Part shown: one piece after another, positions 42,197 to 54,080 of the stretch
Layout of the letters: each line of letters opens with the position of its first letter
Position numbering within the stretch: position 1 is the stretch's first letter
Assembly (NCBI GenBank): GCA_004764695.1
Contig: SMSO01000035.1
Span: 1,984,001-2,048,000 of the forward strand
Length of the DNA: 64,000 nucleotides
Direction: 5' to 3'
DNA from: Schizochytrium sp. TIO01
Taxonomy: Eukaryota; Protista; Bigyra: Labyrinthulomycetes
The notes under the pieces: generated by a model
Databases searched by the model: none
Told to the model about the DNA's origin: nothing
Seen by the model: only the letters and a program-made list of their open reading frames with translations
Translations under genes and position numbers: made by a program

Positions 42197-43036
42197 ATGG
42201 AGACACGGCAGTTACCAGACGCAAATATCGGCCCGGCAGATCGCCGGTTTGTGGCGTATGTGATTGGAGTTGATATACACGATGGGCTGGAGAAGAAGTT
42301 TATTCGTGTCAAGGTATTTGATGCCTTCACGGACCTGTTTTCGTGGGTAAAGCAGCAGGTTGAAACTGCCTTTGAGTACATTGTGCCGCAGCTTGCGGAG
42401 ACGATGGTTGATGTTCTGAACAAGACAGCGTCTATCAAAGAGCTCTCTATGCACTTTCAGTCATTGTCGAAACAGTACAAGACGCTTGGCTTTGCAACTG
42501 GTGCCGTGGAGGTACCGCCACATGCAAAACACTTTCCAATTGCGTTTTGGAAAACCGTGGATAAGCTTATTGTGCTTACAGCGGCTGATATTCCTGGTTT
42601 TTCATTAGACCAATGGTCGAGCAGAAACTTAGCACAATTCATGGCGTTCCAGGACTTTGACTGCACCGCGTCAACGATCCACTTTGATCATTTCACTATT
42701 GAAAAGGATCCAGAAAGGTCACGTAAGCTGCAAATTGCAAAGCGGCGTGCACTCCATGAAGAGGCTCGTCGTATGATTCTGACAAGGCGCGATCTCGAGA
42801 CGGCTATGCACAACATGTACAAAATCCATGAACGCCGCAAGCGCCGCCGTGAGACACTCGGGGATGTGGAAGAGTCTTCGACATTTCAGCCAAAGCGCCA
42901 AGCGCCGCGCTTGTTCCTTCAACAGCGCTCACCGGATTCTATGGAGTCAGGGGACGACTCTGAAATTATGGAATCTGGGGAAGACGATCCCATCTATGGC
43001 TTTTATGCTCATGACTACTTTCCGTACAGCTTTTGA
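42197..43036 (+). CDS. Hypothetical protein (~279 aa)
   Basis: Long uninterrupted ORF with globular-looking composition and a basic C-terminal cluster (ERRKRRRE). First ATG at 42197. No family recognised. Confidence 0.65.
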   Translation: METRQLPDANIGPADRRFVAYVIGVDIHDGLEKKFIRVKVFDAFTDLFSWVKQQVETAFEYIVPQLAETMVDVLNKTASIKELSMHFQSLSKQYKTLGFATGAVEVPPHAKHFPIAFWKTVDKLIVLTAADIPGFSLDQWSSRNLAQFMAFQDFDCTASTIHFDHFTIEKDPERSRKLQIAKRRALHEEARRMILTRRDLETAMHNMYKIHERRKRRRETLGDVEESSTFQPKRQAPRLFLQQRSPDSMESGDDSEIMESGEDDPIYGFYAHDYFPYSF

Positions 43037-43319
43037 CGCGCTATGTTTTTTTCCTAATTAACGAGAAACTTTGTGAGACATCTTTCGAGGTGGGGTTAAT
43101 CTTCGTTGATCTGTGAAATGTAAACAAAAAGAGGAGAGGTGAAACTCATGACCTCTTGCATTCGTTAATTCTACTTTGTTACTGTTCTTCGCGCTCATGT
43201 GCCTGCACATGCATGGAACGTGAAGCCTGATTACAAATAAGACGTCCGATAATTACTGCAACTGGTACAAACAGAAACCATGTTGCTTAGAAAACAAAAC
43301 AAAAATCAGAAAATTTGAT

Positions 43320-43352
43320 AAACAAAACAAAACAAAACAAAACAAAACAAAC
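43320..43352. repeat. (AAAAC)n pentanucleotide repeat
   Basis: Directly visible. Confidence 0.9.
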
Positions 43353-44145
43353 CACTCAATCATCACATCACCATGACCATGCAGCACCTTAGCGCTAGCT
43401 GCCGGCGGGTGACTAATCACATAAACTGCACAAGCACTCACACAAGCACACTTTTAATCAACCTGACTCTACGAACCTAATTTTGTTGTTGCATAGTCTT
43501 TCAGTTCATTTCCCTTGCTGTAATGTATTCATGAAGAAAGACAATGAGTCCCAATGTTATCATGAGAGGTATGTGGAGTCTAAGTTGTTAGAACCAAACG
43601 ATGTTTACCACACCGGACTTCGGAGGATGAGCAAGAAAGATCACATTCCCATTTCCATTTCCCCCAATCATCCACTTGCTTGCAGCCCTGTTGTCACGCC
43701 ATATCCGTCTGGTCTGGCGTCTAGAGCAGCTTTGACTGGTCGGGCTGAGAATAAACAATTCTCTGGTTTTTTCCCACTCTCACGAATCAAGATCCTAGGT
43801 ACTATACTATCTATTTGACTGTTAACGACATATAGTGCCGGTTACACACGGCTAAGCGAAACCCCAAACCCAGTTTTGAGAATCATAGAAACCAAAAACC
43901 GAACAGAAAGTAGGCTACGATATCCATATAACTCCAACGTTACCTACTCCACGTTGTACGTGGGGGGGAGCAGCATCACATTTTAAATGTGACATTTCAA
44001 GTTTATGCGCAGCCGTCTTATCTTCTCTAGTTCGATTGGATTTGAATTGATTTGATTTAATCAAAAGAGCATTACTTCTTCTAAAATTTCACTAATATTG
44101 AATCAAAAAGGCTAACAAAACCAAACGAAGACGCTTGCAAGCGCC

Positions 44146-47100
44146 ATGGTGCGCAAGACGCGGCGCGGCAGCAGTGGTGACGGCGGCGATGGTGGGCCTT
44201 GGGGCAGCGGCAAAGACTCCGCACCGTCAAGCAAACGGCCCAGGAGGGCTGCTCGGTCAGCGGCCGACGACGACGACGGCGCCTCCGATGAAGGTGGGAG
44301 CACCAGCGTGAACCTAAACGCGAAGGCCTCCAACTCAAGGAGCGCCAGCGCCAAGACAGCAAGCTCGAAGTCCAAGACCGATGTCACAAACAGCAAAGGC
44401 GAAACGAAGACTAAAGGTGAGCCCAGGAAAACTCCCGAGAGCAGCAGGAAGAGAGCCACAACGACAGCCACAACGCCAAGACCAACGACAACGAGGAAAA
44501 GACGGCGCACAGGAGCTCCAGAAGACTTGGAGACGCAAGATGAACGCGGGAACGAACAGAGTTCTGTGAAGGAGCAAAAGCTAGTTCAACAGACAAAGCG
44601 AAAGGGGAAAGCAGCAGCTGTTGAAGACGAAGATGATGAAGTAGATGACCTTGACGATGAGGACTACGATGAAGACGAGGACGAAGACGATGAAGATGAT
44701 GATGAGGAAGACGAGGACGAGGAGGACGAGGACGATGAAGACGGAGAAGACGGAGAAGACGATGAAGACGGAGAAGATGATGAAGAAGACGAAGATGAAG
44801 ACGAAGAAGACGACGATGAAGACCTCGAGGAGGAGGAGGAAACCAAAGGAACTCAGACTGAGAAAACAAGCAAACTGGCACTCGAACAGGAACAGCAACG
44901 ACAACCTAAAGTTGGTGCTGTTAAAGATATGTATGATTCGGATGCAGAGGAGGAGGAGGAGGAGGAGGAAGAGGAAGAGGATGATGAAGGTGTGGCAGAA
45001 GAAGAAGAAGAAGAACTAGAGGAGGAGGAAGAAGCGCTCCAAGAAGGCCGAGGAGACGAAGATGAAGACATCGAGCTTTCGGACCTCGAAGAAGATGAAA
45101 CAGCGGTTGAGGTGCAAGATGAGGAGGAAGAGGAAGACGAACTAGACGACGACGATCTCGATGATCTCGACGAGGAAGAGGAAGACGACGAGGAGGAGGA
45201 GGGCGATGAACCCAAAGGTGCCCTGCGACCCCTTGAAATGATTGACGCACAACCTGGTCAAAGACAAGACTCCCAGCGCAGCATGTTTGGTACAAGTGGT
45301 CGAGATCTTTACACATCCAAAAACGCGAGCATGGTGTTCGGAACCTCTACGAAGGGTCGCAAAAAGAAGCGACGGTCTCGGAAACGAGGAGGCAGTGGAG
45401 CTCGAGTTTCAAAGAGGGCTAATTACCTCATTGGCCTGGCAAACCAGCACTTTATCGATCAAGAGTTCGAGGAAGCCATTGAACTATGTAATCAAATTGC
45501 ACAGGAAAATCCAAAACTTCCTGAACCCTATCATCTTCTTACATCCATCTGGTACGAACGTGGCGACCCAGAAAAGGAAATGCAAGCCTTACAATTAGCA
45601 TGTGACCTTGATCGTGGACAAAATATCAATAACTACATTCGCATTGCGGATATTGGACTTGCCCTCGGACGACATCCAAAATTAGACGAGATGGCAGATG
45701 GCCTTCTTGGCGCAGGTTTGGACAGTGAAGACGATGAAGAGGAAACTAAAACTAAAGACAATAGCAACGAGGCAGAGGGTGAGACTGAGTCCAAAGAAGC
45801 ACCAAACGATGATACATCTTCATCAACTCCCAAACGGTACACACGCGCTCAACGTATGAACTTCCTCCGAACTGCTCTTTTAGCGGTAGAACGTATCTTG
45901 AAGCGCAATTCAAGTGTAGAACTGATGATGCGACGTGGTGAAATTTTTGAACACCTTGGGGATTTCAAGCGTGCTGCTGATGTATACCGCCGTGTTTTGA
46001 AAGCCTACCAAGAGCAAAACACGATTGATCTTGTTGCGGTCCATCATCTAGCTCGAACTTACCGCATGCGTCAAGAACTTGTCAAGTCTCGGAATGTGTT
46101 AGAAAAGTTTGTCGGCGCCGTTCTGAAGCCTACACCTGACATCATAGCTCGCGTGAATTCAGCAGCCACGCAAGCACGCCTTGCGCGCCAAGCGAAGTTT
46201 GCCGAGCGCAAACGCCGGCGTGAAGCTATTAGAAAACGCAAAGAGGAGGTTAAACGTGCGAACTTGGCCATGGGGGACTCAGGCATGTCTGTTGAACAAC
46301 GACTCTTAGGTGGAGGCCCTGAGAACGCAATCACCCCTCAGACATCTTCAAAAAGGAAAAAACGTCGAGGAAAAAACGTCAAGAAAAAATCTCGAGACGG
46401 ACGAAACGAAGATGAAGATGACGATGAAGATGACGATGATGACGATAGCGATGATGACGATGATGACGATGACGAGGATGAGAATGGCCCTAAGATCGGA
46501 GATGACGACAGAGAGCTCCAGGATGATCACATAACTGCTGATGGGAGTAATACTATTCTCCCAGAGCATGATGATGAAGATGAAGAAGAGGAGGAAGACG
46601 AAGAAGAAATTGTAGCAAAAGAAGTTGAGCTCGAAGAACAACAGCTCTATGCAGGTATCAATATTCTTAGCATGCTCGTGGAAATTCTACTTCTCAAGCG
46701 TCAGGAGTATACCAAGGCACTTCAGTACCTTGAGCGTTTTCTTGAGTTCACCAATTCAGATGGACTATGTTCACTCTCAGAGAAAAACCAATGGCTGCAT
46801 TGGGAAAGGATCTCTCCTAAAATCAACTTAGATCTTGTTCTCATGCTTATCATTGCCTATATCCATGTGAACAATTATTCAAAGGCCCTTCGATTTATGC
46901 AACATATTGATGGAATCAACCTTGTCAATGGAAACGATGCTCGACTTCTCAATATTGCTTTCGTTATGGCGGAATCGTGGATGCAGCATAACAAATTTGT
47001 GATTGCACGTGAACAATTTGATAAGCTCAGCAAGGTCGAAGATGCGAAGGGTGTATTTGTGGCTGAGGCTCTGAATCAAGCTGCCTATTGTTGTGAAAGC

Positions 47101-48702
47101 ATTGAGTGGCGTCAAGATCCACCTCGAGCTGCCGAAACTGCTCATCAGGATGCTGTAAATTACCTGACTCGCCTCTTTGACATGCTGAACACTGAATCTG
47201 TAGGGGCATACTTTCCGCGAGTGGAACTTGCCATGGAGCAATGCCTCATTCGCCTAGAGCGACTCAAGCAGAGATCGGCTACCCCTTTAGTAGTTGCTGC
47301 AATTGAAAAGTGTAAAAAGGCTCTAGTTGCCAAGAAAGCTCCGCAGAAGGCAAGCGAAATGGAGGTTACATCTTCTTCATCTTCCACAACCGAAGAGTCT
47401 GCTAACGATGCACTTGTGGGCGCACCACGGCCACCTCTTCCTCTCAGCGTGAGTGCAAGTGACGGAGCTATATCAGGCGAGCAAGGTATCCTTAATGGCA
47501 ATAGTGTGTCCCCATTTGACACCTTAAATGCACAGGGTGTAGGACGTGGGTCTTCAATGCTTAATGCAGCCACCATTAAGTACATTGATCAGATTCATGC
47601 GCATTTCTCCCGAAACGAATTTAAGGAAACGATAGAGATGTCGCTCCCTCTTTTCGAAGGTCTTTTGGGTGATATTCAAGATGCGTACACACAATTCAAG
47701 ACTCTTTGTGGTGTAGCAGAGGATGATGACAGCATCAAACGCCCAACTGAGGTGGAATCTTTAAATGCGATCGACAGTTTCCAAACCTTGCGTTGTTTGC
47801 ACGATTTCTGTATTACGCTTCGTACCTCGGATAAGACACGTGCAGCAATCATGCTGCTCGAAAAGCTTCTTCCAATAAAGGCTCGCAAAGTGCGTGGCGA
47901 GGGCATTCGGAATCAGTGCAGTGCTCTTTTTACGCAGCTATGCGTTCATGTGCAGGACTTTGACGCTGCGTCAAAGGAAATCATGGATACAATTCGTCGA
48001 TGCCGCGATCTGCACTTCGCAAACACGGCTATCACAGATTGGGGGGATGAGATGCCAGAATTATGGCAAGTTCTTAATGGTATGCTTACCTGTCTTCGTC
48101 ACGCAGATGTATTGCAAGAGTCACGTCTGGTAGCGCGTCGATTGGAGCGTTTGCATCAAAGCGGGACAACAAATACCTCTGGAAGCCTTGGCGCTCAACA
48201 ACAGCAGCAACAAGCTAATCTCCACTCATTCGGCTTGCTGATGTTGACGGCGCATCACGAATTAATGAATAGGAATCCTGTGCGTGCTATTGGAAGGTAT
48301 TATCGTGCTCGACGAATGTCTCCTGACAGTCCCTTAGTAGCTCTCTGTCTATCGAGTTGCTATGTGCGAATTTACCAGCAGAAACGTACTCAAGATCGTA
48401 ATAGCACCGTGATTAAGGCTTTTGCCCAAATGTATGATTATCAGAATAAGCGCCTCAAGTCAGCAACCACGCCTGAGATGCGCATCACCTTTGAAGCCGA
48501 AACATACTACAACTTTGGGCGCCTGGCGCAGGCCTTTGGTATTCCATTTCTGGTCGAGGCCTTTTACCGTCGCGTTCTCAATCTGGAAGGAGCATCTCTA
48601 CGAGACAAGCGCGAAGCAGCAATTAATTTACGTTTACACTACCGACGCATTGGTAATATGGAAATGGCTCGAGCACTCACAAAAACATATTTGGTTATGT
48701 AA
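44146..48702 (+). CDS. GTF3C3: Transcription factor IIIC subunit 3 (Tfc4/tau131), TPR protein with acidic N-terminus
   Basis: Acidic N-terminus, first TPR LIGLANQHF..EFEEAIELCNQIAQENPKLPEPYHLL, and C-terminal signature ETYYNFGRLAQAFG..FYRRVL..KREAAINL..HY..GNMEMARAL. Confidence 0.85.
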   Translation: MVRKTRRGSSGDGGDGGPWGSGKDSAPSSKRPRRAARSAADDDDGASDEGGSTSVNLNAKASNSRSASAKTASSKSKTDVTNSKGETKTKGEPRKTPESSRKRATTTATTPRPTTTRKRRRTGAPEDLETQDERGNEQSSVKEQKLVQQTKRKGKAAAVEDEDDEVDDLDDEDYDEDEDEDDEDDDEEDEDEEDEDDEDGEDGEDDEDGEDDEEDEDEDEEDDDEDLEEEEETKGTQTEKTSKLALEQEQQRQPKVGAVKDMYDSDAEEEEEEEEEEEDDEGVAEEEEEELEEEEEALQEGRGDEDEDIELSDLEEDETAVEVQDEEEEEDELDDDDLDDLDEEEEDDEEEEGDEPKGALRPLEMIDAQPGQRQDSQRSMFGTSGRDLYTSKNASMVFGTSTKGRKKKRRSRKRGGSGARVSKRANYLIGLANQHFIDQEFEEAIELCNQIAQENPKLPEPYHLLTSIWYERGDPEKEMQALQLACDLDRGQNINNYIRIADIGLALGRHPKLDEMADGLLGAGLDSEDDEEETKTKDNSNEAEGETESKEAPNDDTSSSTPKRYTRAQRMNFLRTALLAVERILKRNSSVELMMRRGEIFEHLGDFKRAADVYRRVLKAYQEQNTIDLVAVHHLARTYRMRQELVKSRNVLEKFVGAVLKPTPDIIARVNSAATQARLARQAKFAERKRRREAIRKRKEEVKRANLAMGDSGMSVEQRLLGGGPENAITPQTSSKRKKRRGKNVKKKSRDGRNEDEDDDEDDDDDDSDDDDDDDDEDENGPKIGDDDRELQDDHITADGSNTILPEHDDEDEEEEEDEEEIVAKEVELEEQQLYAGINILSMLVEILLLKRQEYTKALQYLERFLEFTNSDGLCSLSEKNQWLHWERISPKINLDLVLMLIIAYIHVNNYSKALRFMQHIDGINLVNGNDARLLNIAFVMAESWMQHNKFVIAREQFDKLSKVEDAKGVFVAEALNQAAYCCESIEWRQDPPRAAETAHQDAVNYLTRLFDMLNTESVGAYFPRVELAMEQCLIRLERLKQRSATPLVVAAIEKCKKALVAKKAPQKASEMEVTSSSSSTTEESANDALVGAPRPPLPLSVSASDGAISGEQGILNGNSVSPFDTLNAQGVGRGSSMLNAATIKYIDQIHAHFSRNEFKETIEMSLPLFEGLLGDIQDAYTQFKTLCGVAEDDDSIKRPTEVESLNAIDSFQTLRCLHDFCITLRTSDKTRAAIMLLEKLLPIKARKVRGEGIRNQCSALFTQLCVHVQDFDAASKEIMDTIRRCRDLHFANTAITDWGDEMPELWQVLNGMLTCLRHADVLQESRLVARRLERLHQSGTTNTSGSLGAQQQQQQANLHSFGLLMLTAHHELMNRNPVRAIGRYYRARRMSPDSPLVALCLSSCYVRIYQQKRTQDRNSTVIKAFAQMYDYQNKRLKSATTPEMRITFEAETYYNFGRLAQAFGIPFLVEAFYRRVLNLEGASLRDKREAAINLRLHYRRIGNMEMARALTKTYLVM

Positions 48703-49495
48703 AAGGAGTAATTTAAAACTAGTATCTTTATTGCAACTTCTTAATGCTCTGAGCCTTTCTCTGATATCTTTGATGTGTACATGCATTTGGATGTCTCTCG
48801 TATTACGTGAGGGTCTATAGATATTATTGACTTTTTAATTTCCTTTAAAGCGGTGCTACATCGCGCAAGTTAGCTAAGTTCTTCAACTGTATAATTTAAA
48901 AAAATAGAACTTAATGATTCCAACCATCTCGATGTATACTTCGTCTTACAATCAATCGCATAGGTGACCTTTGACTAGAGGTTTGGAAGAGAGAGCCAGC
49001 AGCCAGATTCCCCTAGAAATGTTACAGTTACTATGTTTCCAAAAGCTTAGACTTACATGAGATTGCTCAAAATGTCTTCCGACATTGTTTTTGATTGTCG
49101 ACATCAACAGTGCTTGTGTTGCTTAGAAGCGACTTTGATGCTTGTAGCATATCTGCATAAGCTAGTATTCAATCCGATGCTCGTTGAATCAAGATCAAAA
49201 TTCCAAGCCAATGCTTCGATATTTCATTTCTTGAAAAACCGTCTCCTTTTCTCTTCATGTGGCGTAGCGGCTAGAGAGTCTTCGTTGCAATGTTTCTTCA
49301 TTTCCTCAATAGAAGTTTTATAGAAAATAACACTAATTAAAAATCTGTATATCAAACCCTCATTAGATTTATCTACGCTGACACTACCATGGTACCATAT
49401 TCAATAGCTGCCATGTTTTGCACTCTGCTCTCTATGGTAGAACGTCGAAAAACTTGTTCTTCGTTTGTTGTCTTTTCACCTGAGGCTCACCCTGC

Positions 49496-50260
49496 CTACA
49501 GATTAGATCCTGTAGCTATATTGGGATCAGCCTGGTGATCTTGAGCTTTGGATATCATTTTCTTGAACATGCTTACAAAATAATCGATATCCTGTGCTCC
49601 GGGAATCTCAAGGCTCATGTCACCGACTTGGACAAGAAAGTGAGGGACACCTCCTGAGAACAAGGAGGATAGCGGCAAAGCAGCCCTGATATCGGCGGCC
49701 ATTGCGCGAACCGCAGAATCAAGTTCATCAGAATTCAGGAAAGTTCTTGTTTCGTCTTCGTCGAGGCCCGCTCGCTTCGCAGCACGGACCAGGACCTCGT
49801 CTTCTTCTAAGTTATAGCCAAACATGTGATATGCCTGGAACAGCTCAAGACTTAGCAACCACTGAGTTTGTCCTGTTCCAACAGTTCGTGCCCATTGCGA
49901 GAGTCTGTGTGCTTTGAAAGTCGCAGTTGAAACTCCGTCGATGGTGTACCCTCCCTCTGGAAAAGGTGCCAGCATTACCTCAAATTGCTCCACCATTTCC
50001 TTCAAAGCGGCTTCGCTGCCCTTAAATCTGCGAAGGTACATGTCACGTTTGGCCAATGGAGGTTGGCAATTTTCAAGCTCTGGTGCTAACACTCGAGGCC
50101 ACCAACGCACTTGAATGTCTAGTGAAGGATACTCCATTTTGATTTTCATCAGAGCTTGTGCTAGACGCAGACTTCCCAGGTAGCACCAGGGACAAATGAA
50201 GTCGGAAACCACATCGACTTGGAGCTCCAGAGGCAAGCTACTTGCTGAGTTGGAGTCCAT
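49496..50260 (-). CDS. DsbA-family (FrnE-like) thiol-disulfide oxidoreductase
   Basis: VDVVSDFICPWCYLG active site, AHRL motif, GVPHF cis-Pro loop, IPGAQ. Confidence 0.9.
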   Translation of the reverse strand: MDSNSASSLPLELQVDVVSDFICPWCYLGSLRLAQALMKIKMEYPSLDIQVRWWPRVLAPELENCQPPLAKRDMYLRRFKGSEAALKEMVEQFEVMLAPFPEGGYTIDGVSTATFKAHRLSQWARTVGTGQTQWLLSLELFQAYHMFGYNLEEDEVLVRAAKRAGLDEDETRTFLNSDELDSAVRAMAADIRAALPLSSLFSGGVPHFLVQVGDMSLEIPGAQDIDYFVSMFKKMISKAQDHQADPNIATGSNL

Positions 50261-51648
50261 CTTTAAGCAGTTTGATACTTGACAGCCCAGCGCTTTGCAA
50301 CGTCTAGTGTCTTGTGAAATTGATCTAGTTTTGCTTGCTTAAGCCACGTTGGGTGTCTCCGGACAGCCTGAAGTCGTGGGAGTCCGACCCTTTCAAAATA
50401 ATAGCTCGAAAATGGGTTGTTCACCAACAGATTAAAAGAACAACTTGAACCAAGAGAACACTCTCATTAATCAATTAATTCATTAATTAAGGTCTAGCCT
50501 GAAAGTAATCTCGCTGTGCCAGGGGGGGGTTCAGGAGAAACACATTGCAACCATATAGGGGCCATAAACGAGATCAATTTCTAGAAATCGTGAAAGAGGC
50601 TTGGGAAATTGGAAAGAGTTTGAAAAAGTTTGTTTATTTGTTTGTCCAACATTAAAGTAAAAACATTTAGAGTACTGCCGATTACTTGAGGGTTTTCGTA
50701 AATATGTTTGCTGACGAATTTGAAATGCGGCGTTCACGTTAGATCAAAGAAATGACATAGCAGTTCGCCATGGTTTGGAGTCTGCAATTCTAATTGAAAC
50801 CTTTTAAAAATATTTACAATAATTTGTTTTAAAAAAATGACAATGAGGTTTTGTGATCAAGAACGCTGGCACATTTTTATTTTTTATTTTTAATACTGAG
50901 TAAGAAATGTTCTGGCCCCATCGCATTCCCTTTATGCCAATTTGTGTTTTCACACTGTAGGCGTAACATCAATATTCATAATTTCTGACTGAACCTTATG
51001 AAAGAAGATCCAGTCATAGAGAGTATTAGAGACACGAGAATGGCATCGGAAAGGAACTGAAATAAGAATGCAAAAGCAACAAATCTGAAACTATGACAAC
51101 TTAAACAATTGAATGCATCGCAAGATGCCGATAATCCCGACAAAAATTCTTCTTTGTAGAGTAGTCTCATCTATGAGCAGTTCCAGGAAAAAGATTTGAA
51201 GTAAGAGCATGAATCAAAAAGTCAAAAAGATAGTACCAGTAGTATTACTTAGTTCAGCAGGGTAGTCGTAATTGTGGAAGGATGAAATGGTTTAGGGACC
51301 AGATATACACTTTACGTCTAGCTATATATGAAGCAGGCCCGCTGCTTCATATGAAAGCTTGATCAAGGGTAGGCCAATGGTAATTCATGCCAGCCAACCT
51401 ACGTATTTGAGAATCCCTATAAAGATCTGCGACGTCTAGAGTATATATGTCTCCTGAAGGGGAAAGGCTCAATGGCCCACAGCGACCAATGCTGCTAGAA
51501 AGAGAGAAATCAGAGCATAGAGCGGTCAAGAAATAGTTCACACGGGTGGGTTGGGGTGGAACTGGAGAGTAATGGATGTTTGTTAAAAAAAACACAAAGT
51601 TGTTGATCCTTTGTAAAAACGACGGTCAGTCAGATATCACATGCATAT

Positions 51649-53178
51649 TTAAGGCTGGCTGAGGAACTTGTGGTGGATCACGTTAATGGCGTCGAGCATC
51701 TGCTCCTCAGGCAAAACGACGGAGATGTTGGTCTCGTTGACACCCTGGCTGATCATCTCGAGGGAGATACCGGCGTGGGAGAGTGCGTGGAAGACGTTGG
51801 AGGCGAGACCGCGCTGGTGCTTCATGCCAGCACCAATGCAGGATACAATGCAGCGGTTGGAAGAGAAGTCAACGTGTCCAAGCTCCTCAAGGTCAGCAAT
51901 CAGGGTCTTGATGGCATCCTTGGTGGTGCTCTCGTGGAGGGTGACAGTGATGTTGGACACGGAAGTGCTGACAAGATCGGCCTTCACGCGGTGTGCTGCG
52001 AACTTCTCAAAAACAGTCGCGAGAAAGCTGGTGGAGTCGAGCATACGGTTGCTCATGAGGTTCAACACAGGCACACCCTTCTTGGAGCAGACAGCGGCGA
52101 TGCCCTGGCACTTGGGGCCACGGAGGCTGACGAGCTGCTCAGCAGATGCCGGGGCGATGGAGGTACCACCAGTCTCGGGCTTGAAGGTGTTGAGAATGTT
52201 GATGGGGACCTTGTCCTCGATGGCGCAGTCGAGCACACTAGCGTGAAGAACCTCGTTACCGAAGTATGTGAGCTCGGAGGCCTCCTCAGGGGTGATAAGG
52301 GAAAGAAGGCGGGCATCCTCGATGCGTCCAGGGTGACCGGTGAAGACACCATCACTCTCCTTCCACACCTGGAGCTCAGTAGCGTTAAGTGCTCCTGCGC
52401 AGAGTGCAGCAGTGAGGTCAGTGTAGCCACGGCCAACGCCCTTGATGATGCCGCCCTCAACGCTGCCGAAGAATCCAGTCACGACGGGGATGGCGTTCTC
52501 CTTGAGCACAGGCTTGAGGAGAGATCCAAAGACACGCTTAGCAGTGTGCTGGTAGCTGCGGCGGTGGGTGTCAAGGCCAGAGGGGAAAGCCTTGGAAAGG
52601 TCAACGTTGACAGCGCGGAGGCCCATCTCGCGAAGAACTGCCGCGGTAAGGCCAGCGGAAAGCCTCTCACCACAGCCGATGACCATGTCGTGGGAGCGAG
52701 GAGAGATCTCACGAATTACTCCGAGAGACTCGCAGAAGGAGCGGGTACGGTCGAGCTCGCTCTGGACAAACTGCTTGGCCTCCTCGCGGTTCTTGCGGTC
52801 GTTGAGCATGGAGTAGATGACCTCCATGTGGGTGTCCTCAATCTTCTCAAGAAAAGAGAGGTACTCGCCTTGGGCAACAGCGCCAGAGGCAGCAGCAAGA
52901 AGACGCGAGGTGGTGCCCTCCTCCTTGGTCTCACTGCTCAGAGCGGAGACGACGGCGACGACGTTTTGGCCCTTCTCTTCGTTGTAGTGAGAAGAGATGA
53001 TGTTGCGGACCTTCTCCATCTTCTCAGCAGTGCCAAGACTGGTACCGCCGAACTTCTGCACGAGGAGACGAGACTCATCGCTCTTGGCAGAAAAGAAACG
53101 CTTGTCAACAGAGTTGAAAGCACGGGAGAGGCTGGGCAGAGCCGCGGGGGACCGCCGGAGTCCCAAAGTGGCGACCAT
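51649..53178 (-). CDS. Aspartate kinase (kinase domain plus two ACT domains), probable mitochondrial presequence
   Basis: VQKFGGTS, VVSALS, GERLSA, VVTGFFG, GRGYTDLTAAL, ELTYFGNEVLH, and C-terminal ACT motifs (EMISQGVNETNISVV). ATG at 53178 is followed by an Arg/Ser-rich leader ending KRFFS. Confidence 0.95.
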   Translation of the reverse strand: MVATLGLRRSPAALPSLSRAFNSVDKRFFSAKSDESRLLVQKFGGTSLGTAEKMEKVRNIISSHYNEEKGQNVVAVVSALSSETKEEGTTSRLLAAASGAVAQGEYLSFLEKIEDTHMEVIYSMLNDRKNREEAKQFVQSELDRTRSFCESLGVIREISPRSHDMVIGCGERLSAGLTAAVLREMGLRAVNVDLSKAFPSGLDTHRRSYQHTAKRVFGSLLKPVLKENAIPVVTGFFGSVEGGIIKGVGRGYTDLTAALCAGALNATELQVWKESDGVFTGHPGRIEDARLLSLITPEEASELTYFGNEVLHASVLDCAIEDKVPINILNTFKPETGGTSIAPASAEQLVSLRGPKCQGIAAVCSKKGVPVLNLMSNRMLDSTSFLATVFEKFAAHRVKADLVSTSVSNITVTLHESTTKDAIKTLIADLEELGHVDFSSNRCIVSCIGAGMKHQRGLASNVFHALSHAGISLEMISQGVNETNISVVLPEEQMLDAINVIHHKFLSQP

Positions 53179-54080
53179 TGTGTAAGGAAGTGAGGAAACT
53201 AGGGTGGTGGACAGAAGCTGTGCGGTGCTGTGCTGTTGATTCAATTCATCATAATTAGCAATCGTTAGTTAGTTGAATCATTGCCTCATGGTCTGTTGGA
53301 TTTGGTGGATTTGGAGAAGGGTTGCACATGCGCACTCCCAATCCGGACATCATAACGTGCGGTATTCATGCGGTACAACGACGAACGAAAACATTCAACA
53401 AGGGATATAGATATATGACAAGCGAAGCTAGGATACAACGCATGCATGCATATCAAATCATACTGAACTGCATTACATTTGATAGCCGCTACTGCCTCCA
53501 CTTCTGCTTATTCATAAAGAAAGCATCGTGCTGTTGTCGTTATGTTGCTAAGTATTCGTCGTTTCTACACCCTTTTTCAACACATCTCAAGGTAGCTAAA
53601 GACGAGACGCACGGACCCGGCTCACGCTGGGCCCAAGCCCTTATACGAGTTTAACTTCGTTCTCTATGGACCTCACCATAAGTCTTTCGCTTTCCCTCCA
53701 TCTTCTGCATCACTTACGCCACGTGGATTTGCTCAGCCAACTTGGTTACGGAATTGCCGCAGACTGGATGGAGCAGGTCTGGTCTCGCGCCACGGAGGCA
53801 GTATTCCCCTCATTACCCTGATGGTACCAAAGCCACATTATGGTACTTGCTCTGCACTCTCTACTACAAGTTTTCTAGGGGGGTAGGGGGGAATCGTCTG
53901 CCCGTGACGCGGCAGGAGAAGGGCGACGGGGGCTAGTGTAGGAGTTATTACTGTACCACTGGGTACCACAAAATGGACTCCGCCATCCAAGTGGGAAGGG
54001 GGCTAGCTTGCAGTAAGTGAGTCTTACTTGTGCGGGTGTTCCCTCGTGAGAGGCTTCGTTCGAGGAACGAGAAATCCTGG

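Noticed and set aside
51670-53193. 507-aa ORF antisense to aspartate kinase
   Set aside because: Codon-register mirror of a strongly biased gene, where few TTA/CTA/TCA codons means no antisense stops. No recognisable motifs.
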